Assembly: GCA_037142615.1 (NCBI GenBank)
Contig: JBAXAI010000012.1
Location: forward strand, 34,066 to 98,065
Source of the DNA: Spirochaetales bacterium
GTDB taxonomy: Bacteria; Spirochaetota; Spirochaetia; JABEVK01
Length of the DNA stretch: 64,000 bases
Direction of reading: 5' to 3'
Each line of letters begins with the position of its first letter. The stretch's first letter is position 1. Positions 20,222 through 29,794 of this stretch are shown piece by piece. The notes under the pieces were generated by a model, which did no database searches, had not been told where the DNA came from, and saw only the letters and a list, made by a program, of their open reading frames with translations. The position numbers and the translations under genes were made by a program.

Positions 20222-20258
20222 AGCCTCATCGTCTTCTTTTTGCTGGAGTTTGACAAGT

Positions 20259-21044
20259 TCACTCCTGCGCCGAGGCCAAGCGGTACAGCGCCACGCTGGC
20301 CGCAACCGAAGCGTTGAGGCTATCGTGCCCCTCGGCCATGGGAAGCACCAAGGGGATGGAACCCTGCAGCCGTTCGGTAGGCGACAACCCTTCGAACTCG
20401 TTGCCTACCCACACCGCCAGTTTGCCGGCCCTCGCTGTGCGCCCAGCGGGACTTTCGCGCCACACTTCCAAGGGAAGAGCACCCTCTTCCAGCGCCAAAA
20501 CGACCGTCGTCCACCCGGCCTGCCCGAAGAGCTTCTGCATCGCAACCAAAGAGTCGGGTAACTGCACGGGCGGGTGGGCGTACACCGCGCCCATCGACAC
20601 CTTGGCGCAGCGGCGGCTGAAGGGGTCGCACGATTCCCGTCCCACCGCCACCGCATCCCAGCCCAGGGCCAGCGCCGAACGGTAGAGCGCGCCGAGGTTC
20701 TCGGGATCGGTGAGCCGTGGGGCCACGGCAAGCCGCCGGGCAGGACCGGCCAAAAAGGCTTCCAGAGTCAGCGGCGCGGGCCGATGGGCCACGGCAATCA
20801 CGCCCCGATGAAAGGAAAAACCCGCCCACCGGTCCATTTCGGCCTGCGACAGCACCTGAACCGGGCAGCGCCCCGCGGCCAAAACCGTGAACTCGGCGTA
20901 GTGTGCCTCGAGGCAGTGAACCGCCTCGGGAACCAACGACGATGCGAGCAAACGGCGGGCCAAGGTGTTTCCTTCGGCCAACGTGAGGCCGGAACGGGTC
21001 CACTGCCGTTCGCTGAAGCCCCAGTACGGGGTGGGATCGTCCAT
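20259..21044 (-). CDS. TrmH/SpoU-family RNA methyltransferase
   Basis: DPENLGALYRSA, GNEFEG, DSLNASVAA. Confidence 0.88.
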   Translation of the reverse strand: MDDPTPYWGFSERQWTRSGLTLAEGNTLARRLLASSLVPEAVHCLEAHYAEFTVLAAGRCPVQVLSQAEMDRWAGFSFHRGVIAVAHRPAPLTLEAFLAGPARRLAVAPRLTDPENLGALYRSALALGWDAVAVGRESCDPFSRRCAKVSMGAVYAHPPVQLPDSLVAMQKLFGQAGWTTVVLALEEGALPLEVWRESPAGRTARAGKLAVWVGNEFEGLSPTERLQGSIPLVLPMAEGHDSLNASVAASVALYRLASAQE

Positions 21045-21045
21045 G

Positions 21046-22074
21046 CTAAACGAGAAGCTTCTCGACTTCCTTGATGCAAGCTTCCAGCCGTTCGTAGTAG
21101 TCCGGCGAGCTGACGGTGACAAACTTGCGCATGTCAAAGCCAAAATCCTTGTACATCTTCATCAACGCCGTGTGGTTGGTGTCGCGCAGCACTTCACCGG
21201 TGTCGCGCATGCCATCGTCGATCCACGGCACGTTGGGCTTGAGCGCCAGCACGAGGTCGTACTTGTTCGGGTCGATGAAACTCTCGAGGCGGCTCGACAC
21301 CTGCCCCATGAAGAACACACTGAAAAAGCGGGTCACCACCGCGTCGGTGTCGAAAAAGCAGACCTTGCTACTGGTGGCCAGTGCCTGCAGGTCCTGCTCG
21401 TACTGGATGTGGGCGATGCGATTGAAGTCTTCGAGCTCAAAGAGCGTCCCGTCGCCCCCCAAAAAGTCTTCCTGGTAGGTGCGGCCGGCCTCTTCGGACC
21501 AACTGGTGTAGAACACCTTGGCCAGCTTCTTGGTCAGCGTGGTCTTGCCGCAGCTTTCAGTGCCGGTGATGAGCACACGCTTGGTGAAGAACGGACGCGC
21601 GGCGCCGACGATGTAGTCCCAGTACTTGTAAGGATGCTGGCGAATCTCGGTGCTGCTGATGTTCCACTTGCTGCGGTTGGGGTCGAGCAGGCGGTACTCG
21701 GCCTCGGGAAACGCCCGTTTGTGATCTTCGGTGTAGCGGGTTTCGCCACCGAACACGAGGTCGATTTTTTTGCCGACGGCTCCGCGGACCAGTTGGGCGT
21801 ACTCCGTCCAACCGTAGGGCGAAGGCGGAATGTCGGCCTCATCGACCAGGCGGATGCGGATGCCCAGCCCCTTCAACTCTTGCGCCAACCAGCGTCGGCG
21901 CAGGGCGCCGTCAACGTAGGCGATTCCCGCGTCACGGCACAGCGCTTCGTCTTCTTCGCGGCGCTCGCTCACCACCACAAAGAGCTCATCGCACAAGGCG
22001 TGCGCGCGCAGGATTCCGGTCAGGTGACCACGGTGGGGAGGCAGAAAACGACCGGGAAAGACGCCAACGCTCAT
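21046..22074 (-). CDS. nadR: NadR-like NMN adenylyltransferase/ribosylnicotinamide kinase (no HTH)
   Basis: GRFLPPHRGH, ISSTEIR, GTESCGKTT, FFDTDA, PWIDDGMR. Confidence 0.85.
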   Translation of the reverse strand: MSVGVFPGRFLPPHRGHLTGILRAHALCDELFVVVSERREEDEALCRDAGIAYVDGALRRRWLAQELKGLGIRIRLVDEADIPPSPYGWTEYAQLVRGAVGKKIDLVFGGETRYTEDHKRAFPEAEYRLLDPNRSKWNISSTEIRQHPYKYWDYIVGAARPFFTKRVLITGTESCGKTTLTKKLAKVFYTSWSEEAGRTYQEDFLGGDGTLFELEDFNRIAHIQYEQDLQALATSSKVCFFDTDAVVTRFFSVFFMGQVSSRLESFIDPNKYDLVLALKPNVPWIDDGMRDTGEVLRDTNHTALMKMYKDFGFDMRKFVTVSSPDYYERLEACIKEVEKLLV

Positions 22075-22083
22075 GGCGCTACA

Positions 22084-22941
22084 CTACACCACGACGGGTG
22101 CCTTGAGAAGGGTTGGAGCAGGACGCCGCGCCCCGATGACGCTCGCGGCCGTCACGCTCAGCAAGATGAGCGCACCACCGGCCAGCGTCCAGCCCGACGG
22201 AGCCTCGCCGAGCGCCAGGAACACCCACACGGGGTTGAACAGCGGCTCGATCACGACGAGCAGGCTTCCCGTGGTAGCCGACACCCGCTTGATGCCGTAG
22301 CTGAAGAACAGCGCGGCCAGGCCCATCTGCACTACGCCCAAGGCCACGATGAGCCCGATCGAGAGCGGCGTGAACACCGGCAGTGGCTGAAAGGCCGCGA
22401 TTCCCAGCGTGCCAAAGGCCGCCAAAAATTGCGACAGCAGCATCGAGTGCACCGGGTTACCGTCCTTTTGACGGCGGGTCAGGATGATCATGAACGCGAA
22501 GGCCAGCCCCGAGGCCAGCGCGGCCAGGTTGCCCCACAGCGCGCCGGGCCCCAGTTTGTCGGCGAAGAGCAGCACCAGACCAGCCAGCGTGGCCACCAGC
22601 GCGACAATTTGTTCCGGGTGAAGCTTTTCGCGCAGAAACCAGATGGCCAGCAGCGCCGTCGGCACTGGCGCCCAGTATTGGATGAGGATGGCATTGGCCG
22701 AGGTGGTCATTTTGTTGGCCAACACGAACAGAACCATGCACACGGCGTTCGCGACGGCCGCCAGCACCAGCGTGGGGCTCCAAGCGATCTTCCAGGGGCG
22801 GACGACCACGAGCAGGAACAGCCCCGCGATCAGGCTCCGCAGGCCGGCGATCCAAAAAGGGCTCCAGTCGAGCAGCTTGATGAACAGGCCGGCCGTGCTC
22901 CAGAAGAACGCGCAGGCGACGAGGGCGAGGGAACCTTTCAG
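22084..22941 (-). CDS. EamA/DMT-family transporter (probable CTG start)
   Basis: Two EamA repeats (FLREK; IEPLFNPVW..LGE). Homology runs upstream of the track start to KGSLALVACAFFWSTAGLFIK. Confidence 0.82.
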   Translation of the reverse strand: MKGSLALVACAFFWSTAGLFIKLLDWSPFWIAGLRSLIAGLFLLVVVRPWKIAWSPTLVLAAVANAVCMVLFVLANKMTTSANAILIQYWAPVPTALLAIWFLREKLHPEQIVALVATLAGLVLLFADKLGPGALWGNLAALASGLAFAFMIILTRRQKDGNPVHSMLLSQFLAAFGTLGIAAFQPLPVFTPLSIGLIVALGVVQMGLAALFFSYGIKRVSATTGSLLVVIEPLFNPVWVFLALGEAPSGWTLAGGALILLSVTAASVIGARRPAPTLLKAPVVV

Positions 22942-24971
22942 GCCAGCCCCCGCTGCTTCAACAGAGCGCCGATCTGTGGGTCGCGGCCCCGGAAGTTACG
23001 GAAGGCCTGCGCCGGTTCGACCGAGTTGCCGATGCTGAGGATGGTCGCCTTGAGCTTGGCTGCCAACTCGGGATCGAACAGGTCGCCCTTCTCCTCGAAG
23101 GCGGCGAACACGTCGGCTTCGAGCACTTCTGCCCACATGTACACGTAGTACCCGGCCGCGTAGCCTTCGCCCGTGAACAGGTGCTGAAAGTGCGGCAGGC
23201 GGTGGCGCAAGCCGATCTCGTCGGGCACACCCAGCCGCTTGGATTCCTCGCGCTCAAAGGTGGCGGCGTCGAAGCCCGCCGCATCGGGCAAACTGTGAAG
23301 CGCCATGTCGAGCAGGGCTGGTCCCAGGTACTGCACGGTTTCCCAGCCCATATTGAAGGTGCGGGCCTTGCGGATCTTCTTGACCAGAGCGGGAGGGATG
23401 CTGGCTCCGGTCTTCACATGCTTGGCGAACTTGGCCAGCACCTCGGGCGCGAGAGCCCAGTGCTCATTGAGTTGGCTGGGCAGCTCGACGAAGTCCTGCA
23501 GAACGTTGGTGCCGCTCAGGCCCTCATATTTCACGCGGCTGAGCAGGCCGTGGAGGCCGTGGCCGAACTCGTGGAACAGCGTCTCGACGTCGTCGAAGCT
23601 GAGCAAGACGGGCTCGCCGGGTTTGCCGTGATTAAAGTTGTTGTTGTTGCTCACGATGGGCACCACGCCCTCGCTCTGCTCGCGGTAGTTGCTCATCCAC
23701 GCGCCGGAATGCTTGCCGGTGCGGGAATAGTTGTCGCTGATGAAAATGCCCTGCAGGCTGCCATCGGCGTTGCGCACCTCGAACAGGCGGGCGTCGGGGT
23801 GGTACAGCGCTGCCTTGCCGGTCACCTCGGCAAACTCGACCTGGTACAGGCGGCTGGCCGTGTGGAACATCGCCTGCAGCATGTTGTCGAGCACGAAGTA
23901 GGGCTTGATTTCGCCGTCGTCGAGTTGGTAGTCACGCACGCGCACCTTTTCCGCGTAGTAGCGCCAGTCCCAGGCCTCAAGAGCGGTCAGACCATCGGCC
24001 TTGGCCACCGAGAGCAGCAACTGATATTCCTCGCGGGATCGCTTCAGCGCGGCCGGCCACACCTGCTCGAGCAGGCCCGCGACGTTGGCGGGGGTCTTGG
24101 CCATGCGGCTCACCAGAGCGTAGTCGGCGTAGCTTTTGTACCCGTGGATGTGGGCCATCTCGGTGCGCAGCGCCAAGATTTCGGCAATCAGCGGCTTGGT
24201 GTCGCGCTCGGGGTGCATTTCGCCCCGGGCCGAAAACTGGTCGTACACCTTTTTGCGCAGATCGCGGCGGCTCGAGCGGGTCAAAAAGGGCTCGACAAAG
24301 GAACGGCTGGTGGTGAGGGCCCACTTTCCGGGGTGGTCGTGTTCCTTGGCGCACTCGGCGGCGGCCTCGATCAGGTCTTCGGGGAGCCCGGCGAGGTCAG
24401 CCTTGCTGTCGAGCACGATGAGCGTCGAATCCTCGTCGGCGAGCACGTACTGCCCAAAGGTGGTGCATTTTTGCGACAACTGTTCGACCAGTTCGGCGAG
24501 GCGGGCCTTTTTGGCGGCGTCAAGCTTGGCACCCGCGAGCACGAAGTCGAGGTGGATCCGCTCGGTCAGGCGAATCTGCACAGGGTCGAGACCGCCGGAG
24601 TGGCGTGTGCTGTGCACCGCATCGACGCGGGCGAACAGGGCCGCATCGAGGTAGAACTTTTGCTGGTAGACAGCCAGCTTCGGACTGTATTCCATTTCGA
24701 TGGCTTGCAGGGCCTCGTTGGTCAGGTTGCTCGTCAGGTTGCCGAACACGCCGTACACTCGGCTCAGCGTGGCCCCTGCCCGGTCGAAGGGCTCGAGGGT
24801 GTTGGCGAACGTTGGCGCGTTCCGATTGCTAGTGATAGCTGCCACGTCGGCCGACCCTTCGGCCATGGCGGCGTCGAGGGCTGCGGCGTAGTGTTCGGTT
24901 TGAATCAAGTCGAAGGGGGGTAGGCCGTAGGGCGTGTTCCACGGCATAAGCAGGGGGTTGGTGGTGCTCAT
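22938..24971 (-). CDS. dcp: M3 peptidyl-dipeptidase Dcp
   Basis: Start MSTTNPLL..YGLPPF; FHEFGHGLH, DFVELPSQ, YAAGYYVYMWAE. Confidence 0.92.
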   Translation of the reverse strand: MSTTNPLLMPWNTPYGLPPFDLIQTEHYAAALDAAMAEGSADVAAITSNRNAPTFANTLEPFDRAGATLSRVYGVFGNLTSNLTNEALQAIEMEYSPKLAVYQQKFYLDAALFARVDAVHSTRHSGGLDPVQIRLTERIHLDFVLAGAKLDAAKKARLAELVEQLSQKCTTFGQYVLADEDSTLIVLDSKADLAGLPEDLIEAAAECAKEHDHPGKWALTTSRSFVEPFLTRSSRRDLRKKVYDQFSARGEMHPERDTKPLIAEILALRTEMAHIHGYKSYADYALVSRMAKTPANVAGLLEQVWPAALKRSREEYQLLLSVAKADGLTALEAWDWRYYAEKVRVRDYQLDDGEIKPYFVLDNMLQAMFHTASRLYQVEFAEVTGKAALYHPDARLFEVRNADGSLQGIFISDNYSRTGKHSGAWMSNYREQSEGVVPIVSNNNNFNHGKPGEPVLLSFDDVETLFHEFGHGLHGLLSRVKYEGLSGTNVLQDFVELPSQLNEHWALAPEVLAKFAKHVKTGASIPPALVKKIRKARTFNMGWETVQYLGPALLDMALHSLPDAAGFDAATFEREESKRLGVPDEIGLRHRLPHFQHLFTGEGYAAGYYVYMWAEVLEADVFAAFEEKGDLFDPELAAKLKATILSIGNSVEPAQAFRNFRGRDPQIGALLKQRGLA

Positions 24972-24989
24972 AAGGTGACTAGGATAAAC

Positions 24990-25370
24990 CGATTGTGGGG
25001 CGAGTGTCAGCCGTTCAAAGCGGTAGTACCGGTCGGCGAGCTCCTGCAGGTTTTCTTCGATATGCCTCAAGGCGTACATCCACTCGGCCAGTTCTGACTT
25101 TTCGCCCTCGGGCAGTTTTCGCAATTCCAGAAAATGCAGCACGCTCACGCTGACCACGGGCATGAGCCTACGGTACTGATCACCTTCGTAGATCTGCTCT
25201 GTGTAGCTCTTGGCCCAGTAGTACAGGCTGCGCTCACCGTATTCTGCCTGACTTCGGACCTGCACCTCGACGTTGATCACCGTGCCGGATGTCGATCACC
25301 GTGGGCTTGGCGGAATAGTATTCGAGCTCACCGATCGGGTTGACGATCTCGAGCGACGAAAACTCCTCCA
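24990..25370 (-). pseudogene. Rpn/PD-(D/E)XK nuclease remnant
   Basis: LEIVNP..KPTVIDIR in one frame, then INVEVQ..ERSLYYWAKSY..EGDQY in another; no family N-terminus; internal deletion. Confidence 0.72.
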
Positions 25371-25586
25371 TTCCCGCGTGCCGCTGCACCGCGTTGGCGG
25401 CCAAAGCGTGGAAGGCCACCCCGGGGCAAGCCGAGATCCCGGTGGGCGCTTTGGCGCCCGACCGAAGCTCGGCTGGGGGGCGGGTCGGAGGGACCATCGG
25501 CCGGGAAAGCGTTGCCGCCCCCCGATTCTTCTGGATTTCTGGAAGCAAACGCCTTCATTTCCCTGTCTTGCTGGGTGGAGGTTTCT

Positions 25587-26423
25587 ATGCCGTATTCTCC
25601 CATGACCAACGACCGTGTGTTCCGCTATGTTTTTGGTGAGCCCGAAGGCTTGCCGGTGCTCAAGAGTCTGATCAATGCCTACTTCGACCTCGCGAAACTG
25701 CCGCCGGTCGTCGAACTCGAACTGCTCAATCCCGACCTCGGACCCGAAACTCTTGGAGAGAAAAGGACCGCGCTGGACGTTCTGGCCCAGGACGAAACCG
25801 GACGGAAGATCAATGTCGAAATCCAGACCAGCCGCAAACCGGCTTTCGCGGAAAGGAGTTTGTTTTACTGGGCGAGGCTCTATGGCCGACAACTTCCGGA
25901 AGGTGAGAACTACGTGAGCCTGAGGCCCGTGGCCACTATCAACTTCCTCGAGTACGAGATCGACCCCGCAGGTCCAGCCATTGGCGAGTACCGCCTGCCC
26001 TTCACCGACCATTTGGTGCTGTTCCAGGTCGAGTTGCCGAAGTTCGTGGGAAAGGCCGCCGAGGGCTTGAATCCGGCCGAACTTTGGGGCAAATTCCTCG
26101 AAGAGCCACGGAGCTCGGGACTAACGCGGGAACTGCCGCAGGCGCAGGCCCTGAATGCCGCCCGTGACCGAATGGAGGCCTTTATGTCGCTTACGCCCGA
26201 TGTTGTCCGCGAAATCCAGCTGTCGATGTACGACCATGACATCGCCACCCTCAAGAAGATGGCCGAGCTAGAAGGTAGAGCCAAAGGCAAGGCTGAAGGT
26301 CATGCCGAGGGGCTGGAGGAAGGTCTGGCCGTGAAGTCGCTGGCCGTGGACGAGATGGTCCGACGGCTCAAAGCCGAGGGCCTATCCCAAGAGTCAATCC
26401 GCAGGCTCGTCGAAGGACTGTAG
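25587..26423 (+). CDS. Rpn-family recombination-promoting nuclease/putative transposase (PD-(D/E)XK)
   Basis: NDRVFRYVFG, LDV, INVEIQ, RSLFYWARLY, C-terminal EGxxEG repeats; GGAGG RBS. Confidence 0.9.
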   Translation: MPYSPMTNDRVFRYVFGEPEGLPVLKSLINAYFDLAKLPPVVELELLNPDLGPETLGEKRTALDVLAQDETGRKINVEIQTSRKPAFAERSLFYWARLYGRQLPEGENYVSLRPVATINFLEYEIDPAGPAIGEYRLPFTDHLVLFQVELPKFVGKAAEGLNPAELWGKFLEEPRSSGLTRELPQAQALNAARDRMEAFMSLTPDVVREIQLSMYDHDIATLKKMAELEGRAKGKAEGHAEGLEEGLAVKSLAVDEMVRRLKAEGLSQESIRRLVEGL

Positions 26424-26438
26424 CGAAAATCCCACCCC

Positions 26439-28106
26439 CTACCCCACCGTGAAGCGCTTGATTTTCTTGGTCGAGGTCATCTCCATGGGCTCGGCCACGA
26501 AGGTGGTCTTGGTGATCTTCTGCCACACGTGCAGCCCGGTGTTAACCTCGCTGACGATGGCGGCCAGGCGCTCGTCGGTGGGGCGCTTGGGTTCCTGCTG
26601 GGGGTAGATGACGGCTTCGATGCCCTCGGCCCGGGTGGCCTCGTCGACCACGTAACCGCGCACCAAAATCTGGTCCACCTCGGAAAACAGCTGAAAACGG
26701 TCCTCGATTTCCTCGGGGTACACGTTCTTGCCACCCTCGGTGACGATAAGGTTCTTGGCTCGCCCGGTAAGGTACACGTAGTGCTCGTCGTCGATGTAGC
26801 CGACGTCGCCGGTGTTGAGCCAGCCGTCGGAGCTCAGCACTTCGGCGGTAGCCTCGGGATTCTGGTAGTACCCCTTCATCACCATGGGACCGCGCAGCGC
26901 GATGACGCCCTGACCGTTGGAATCGGGCTCGAGGATCTTGAGCTCGACCTGCGGGATGAGCGAACCGACGCTGGTCTCTTTGTAGTGCCAGGTGGGGTTG
27001 ATGGTGACGATGGGGCTGGTCTCGGTAAGGCCGTAGCCCTGCACAAAATCGACGCCCAGTTGGTTGAAGCCGCGGAACGTCGACGCGGGCAGCGGTCCGC
27101 CCCCCGAGATACAGATGCGGATGTCGGCCAGCCCGGCCTGCGAAAGCACGGCGCCGAACAGGGCCTTGCCGGGGTTGAGTCCGGTGGTCTTCTTGAGCAG
27201 GCCGCTGACACTCATCAGGAACCGCAAAACTCCGTTCACCACCGGACCCTTGTCTTTGATGCCTTTGAGGATGCCGGCCAGCAGGCGGTTGAACAGCAGG
27301 GGTACGCCCAAAAACATCGTGACCTTGGCCTGTTTGAGATCCTTGAGGATCTGCGACACGACCATCTTTTTGCCGAAGACGACTTCGGCGCCGCACGACA
27401 TCGACACCAGAAACACCGCGACCAAAGTATAGCTGTGGTGGATGGGCAAAAGAGCGTAGAACACGTCGGTGGGGAACAACGGCATGTTGTATTGCGCCAG
27501 AAAGGCGTCGCTGACGAGATTTTCGTGGGTGAGCATGACGCCTTTTGGATTGCCCGTGGTGCCACTGGTGTACAGCAGCGCGGCCAGGTCGTCGCCCCGG
27601 CGCAGCGGCGCGGCAAGGGGCGCCAGAGCGGGCTCGGGCGAGGCTTCCAGACTCAGCAACTGCACTCCGTCGGGGATTCCGGCTTGCGTGAGCACTTCCA
27701 GGCGGTCTTGGTCGGCCCACAGCATCCGCGCGCCGCTAGCAACCAAAAGGGCCCTCACTTCCTCGCCCTTGAGGCTTGCGTCGAGGGGCACCACAACGGC
27801 GTCACAAAACAGGATGGCGAAAAAACCCAACGCCCACTCGGGACTGTTCTTGCCGCAAAGCCCAACCCTGTCGCCGGGAGCGACTCCGCGCCGCCGCAGA
27901 TCGGCAGCCCAAACGAGCATGCGCTGGTGCGCCCTGGCGTAGGTGATGTGCTCCTCGTCTGGATCAAACACCGTGAAGCAAGCCCGGTCGGGGAACTTCT
28001 GGGCCGTTTGGGTAAACATTTCGGGCAGCGAAGGCCAAGCGGCAAGATGCGACCACGGAGCGGGGCCCACGCGGGCAGGTCGGGGGGCGAGATTTGGAAT
28101 GTCCAT
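26439..28106 (-). CDS. Long-chain fatty acid-CoA ligase
   Basis: YTSGTTGNPKG, GYGLTETSP, TGD, GKNVYPEEIE. Confidence 0.92.
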   Translation of the reverse strand: MDIPNLAPRPARVGPAPWSHLAAWPSLPEMFTQTAQKFPDRACFTVFDPDEEHITYARAHQRMLVWAADLRRRGVAPGDRVGLCGKNSPEWALGFFAILFCDAVVVPLDASLKGEEVRALLVASGARMLWADQDRLEVLTQAGIPDGVQLLSLEASPEPALAPLAAPLRRGDDLAALLYTSGTTGNPKGVMLTHENLVSDAFLAQYNMPLFPTDVFYALLPIHHSYTLVAVFLVSMSCGAEVVFGKKMVVSQILKDLKQAKVTMFLGVPLLFNRLLAGILKGIKDKGPVVNGVLRFLMSVSGLLKKTTGLNPGKALFGAVLSQAGLADIRICISGGGPLPASTFRGFNQLGVDFVQGYGLTETSPIVTINPTWHYKETSVGSLIPQVELKILEPDSNGQGVIALRGPMVMKGYYQNPEATAEVLSSDGWLNTGDVGYIDDEHYVYLTGRAKNLIVTEGGKNVYPEEIEDRFQLFSEVDQILVRGYVVDEATRAEGIEAVIYPQQEPKRPTDERLAAIVSEVNTGLHVWQKITKTTFVAEPMEMTSTKKIKRFTVG

Positions 28107-28122
28107 AAAAATGAGTGTAACC

Positions 28123-28968
28123 CTACCGGTCGGATTTGCGAAGCGACAACTTCCAACTCAGGCCCGTACCGATGTTGTAGGCGCGCGCGAACGAGCCCTG
28201 GTTGATGGCCACTGCGACGTTGAGCAGGCTGTTGATGTACACCAGCGGCTCGCCCACATGCACCGAGGCGAAGCTTTTGACGAACACCATGCTGTTGCGG
28301 TACAGCTCGCGCGTGTCGTTGCGGATGCTCACCTCGACCCGGTCGCCGTAACCGATGCCGAGCTTCTGGAACAGCGTGTGGGGAATGTTGCTCCACAGGC
28401 TGCCAAAGCGGACGTCGAGGGTGTCGACCGTGCCGCGCACTGCCCCGTCGTCAAAGGTGGCCGGCAAGTGGTCGAGTTCGATCACCGAGTCGATGGGCAC
28501 CTCGGGGCCTACGGCTTCGGGGGCCAACTGCCCCGACGCGAGCCGGGCTCCGGTAAAGGCGTACACATCGCGACCGTGAAAGGTGTAACTGAGTTCGGAG
28601 CCCGCCAGGCGGTTGCTGGCCTCGTCGAGCACCCAAGCTTTTTCGAGTCCCAGGAGCAACTTGATATGGGTGAGCGTCCCGTTGTCGGGCGTGACGACGA
28701 GCTGCCCGCCCTTGGTGCGCGCTACCAGGCTGCGGCGCTGACTGCCCACGCCGGGGTCGACCACGCTGACAAACACCGTGCCAGCCGGCCAGTAGCTGAT
28801 GGTCTGCACCAGGCGGTAGCTCGCCTCCCAGATGTCGTACTGCGGAATCTCGTGCGTGAGGTTGTTGAGGTTGAGCTGGGGATCAACCTGGTAGGCCACC
28901 CCTTGCATGGCGCTCACGGCGCCGTCGGCGAGGCCGAAATCGGTTTGAAAAACGAGGGCTTGCGACAT
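28123..28968 (-). CDS. SAM hydroxide adenosyltransferase (DUF62 family)
   Basis: QTDFG..DG, VVDPGVGS.R, PDNG, TFHGRD. Confidence 0.9.
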   Translation of the reverse strand: MSQALVFQTDFGLADGAVSAMQGVAYQVDPQLNLNNLTHEIPQYDIWEASYRLVQTISYWPAGTVFVSVVDPGVGSQRRSLVARTKGGQLVVTPDNGTLTHIKLLLGLEKAWVLDEASNRLAGSELSYTFHGRDVYAFTGARLASGQLAPEAVGPEVPIDSVIELDHLPATFDDGAVRGTVDTLDVRFGSLWSNIPHTLFQKLGIGYGDRVEVSIRNDTRELYRNSMVFVKSFASVHVGEPLVYINSLLNVAVAINQGSFARAYNIGTGLSWKLSLRKSDR

Positions 28969-28984
28969 GAAAACTCCTTGGCGC

Positions 28985-29794
28985 CTAGCGCCGGCTTCGG
29001 CCCAGCCGCTCTTCGAGCACACGGGCAGCGAGCGACAGGGTAATGGTCAGGCAGAGGTAGAAAAACGCCACGGCGTTGTAGGTTTCAAAAAACTGGAACG
29101 TGCTGGCCGCATACACCTTGCCCATTTGGGTGATGTCTTGCACGCCGAGCACCGACACGAGCGAGGAGTCCTTGATCATGGCGACCGACTCGTTCACCAG
29201 CGCCGGCAGCACGTTGCGGAACATTTGAGGCAGCACGATGTGGCGCAGCGTTTGCCAGCGGCTGAGGCCCAGCGCGAGGCCGGCCTCGGTTTGTCCCTTG
29301 TCGACGCTCTCGATGCCGGCGCGGAACACCTCGGCCAAAAACGCCGAGTACCCCAGCGTGAGCGCGGTGACAGCGCGGGTGGTGAAGTCGATGTTGCGGG
29401 CCGACAGCGGCACCATCCAGCCCAACGCCTGCACAGGAAACAAGAAAAAGTTCAGGATTCCCGCGAGAACGGGCGTGGCCACAAACGCGATGTAGTAAAG
29501 GATGACCAGCATGGGCAACCCGCGCATCAGCTCGATGTAAAAGGTGGCGGCCTCGCGGGCCAAGCGCCACGGGCTCCCCTTGAGCAGGGCCAGCCCGAGA
29601 CCCAGGAACAGACTGATGACGTAGGCGATCATCGCCACAAGAACGGTGATTCCGATGCCCGACGCGGTCACCTCAAAAATGACGCGCGACTGGGGGCTCG
29701 ACAGGGCCGACGTGAGACCGAGGGCCCCCAGCACAACGATGGTGATCAGCCACCACGGCCAGGGCGCGCGCGAACGCGCCGGGGACCGGAGCAC
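28985..29794 (-). CDS. Polar amino acid ABC transporter permease
   Basis: RGLP, AEVFRAGIESV.KGQ.EA, KDSSL; GTG start overlapping the upstream stop. Confidence 0.88.
   Translation of the reverse strand: MLRSPARSRAPWPWWLITIVVLGALGLTSALSSPQSRVIFEVTASGIGITVLVAMIAYVISLFLGLGLALLKGSPWRLAREAATFYIELMRGLPMLVILYYIAFVATPVLAGILNFFLFPVQALGWMVPLSARNIDFTTRAVTALTLGYSAFLAEVFRAGIESVDKGQTEAGLALGLSRWQTLRHIVLPQMFRNVLPALVNESVAMIKDSSLVSVLGVQDITQMGKVYAASTFQFFETYNAVAFFYLCLTITLSLAARVLEERLGRSRR

Noticed and set aside
22938-25280. 780-aa Rpn-Dcp fusion protein
   Set aside because: Dcp has its own canonical start (MSTTNPLL) with a TATCCT -10 nearby; the Rpn part is a broken remnant.
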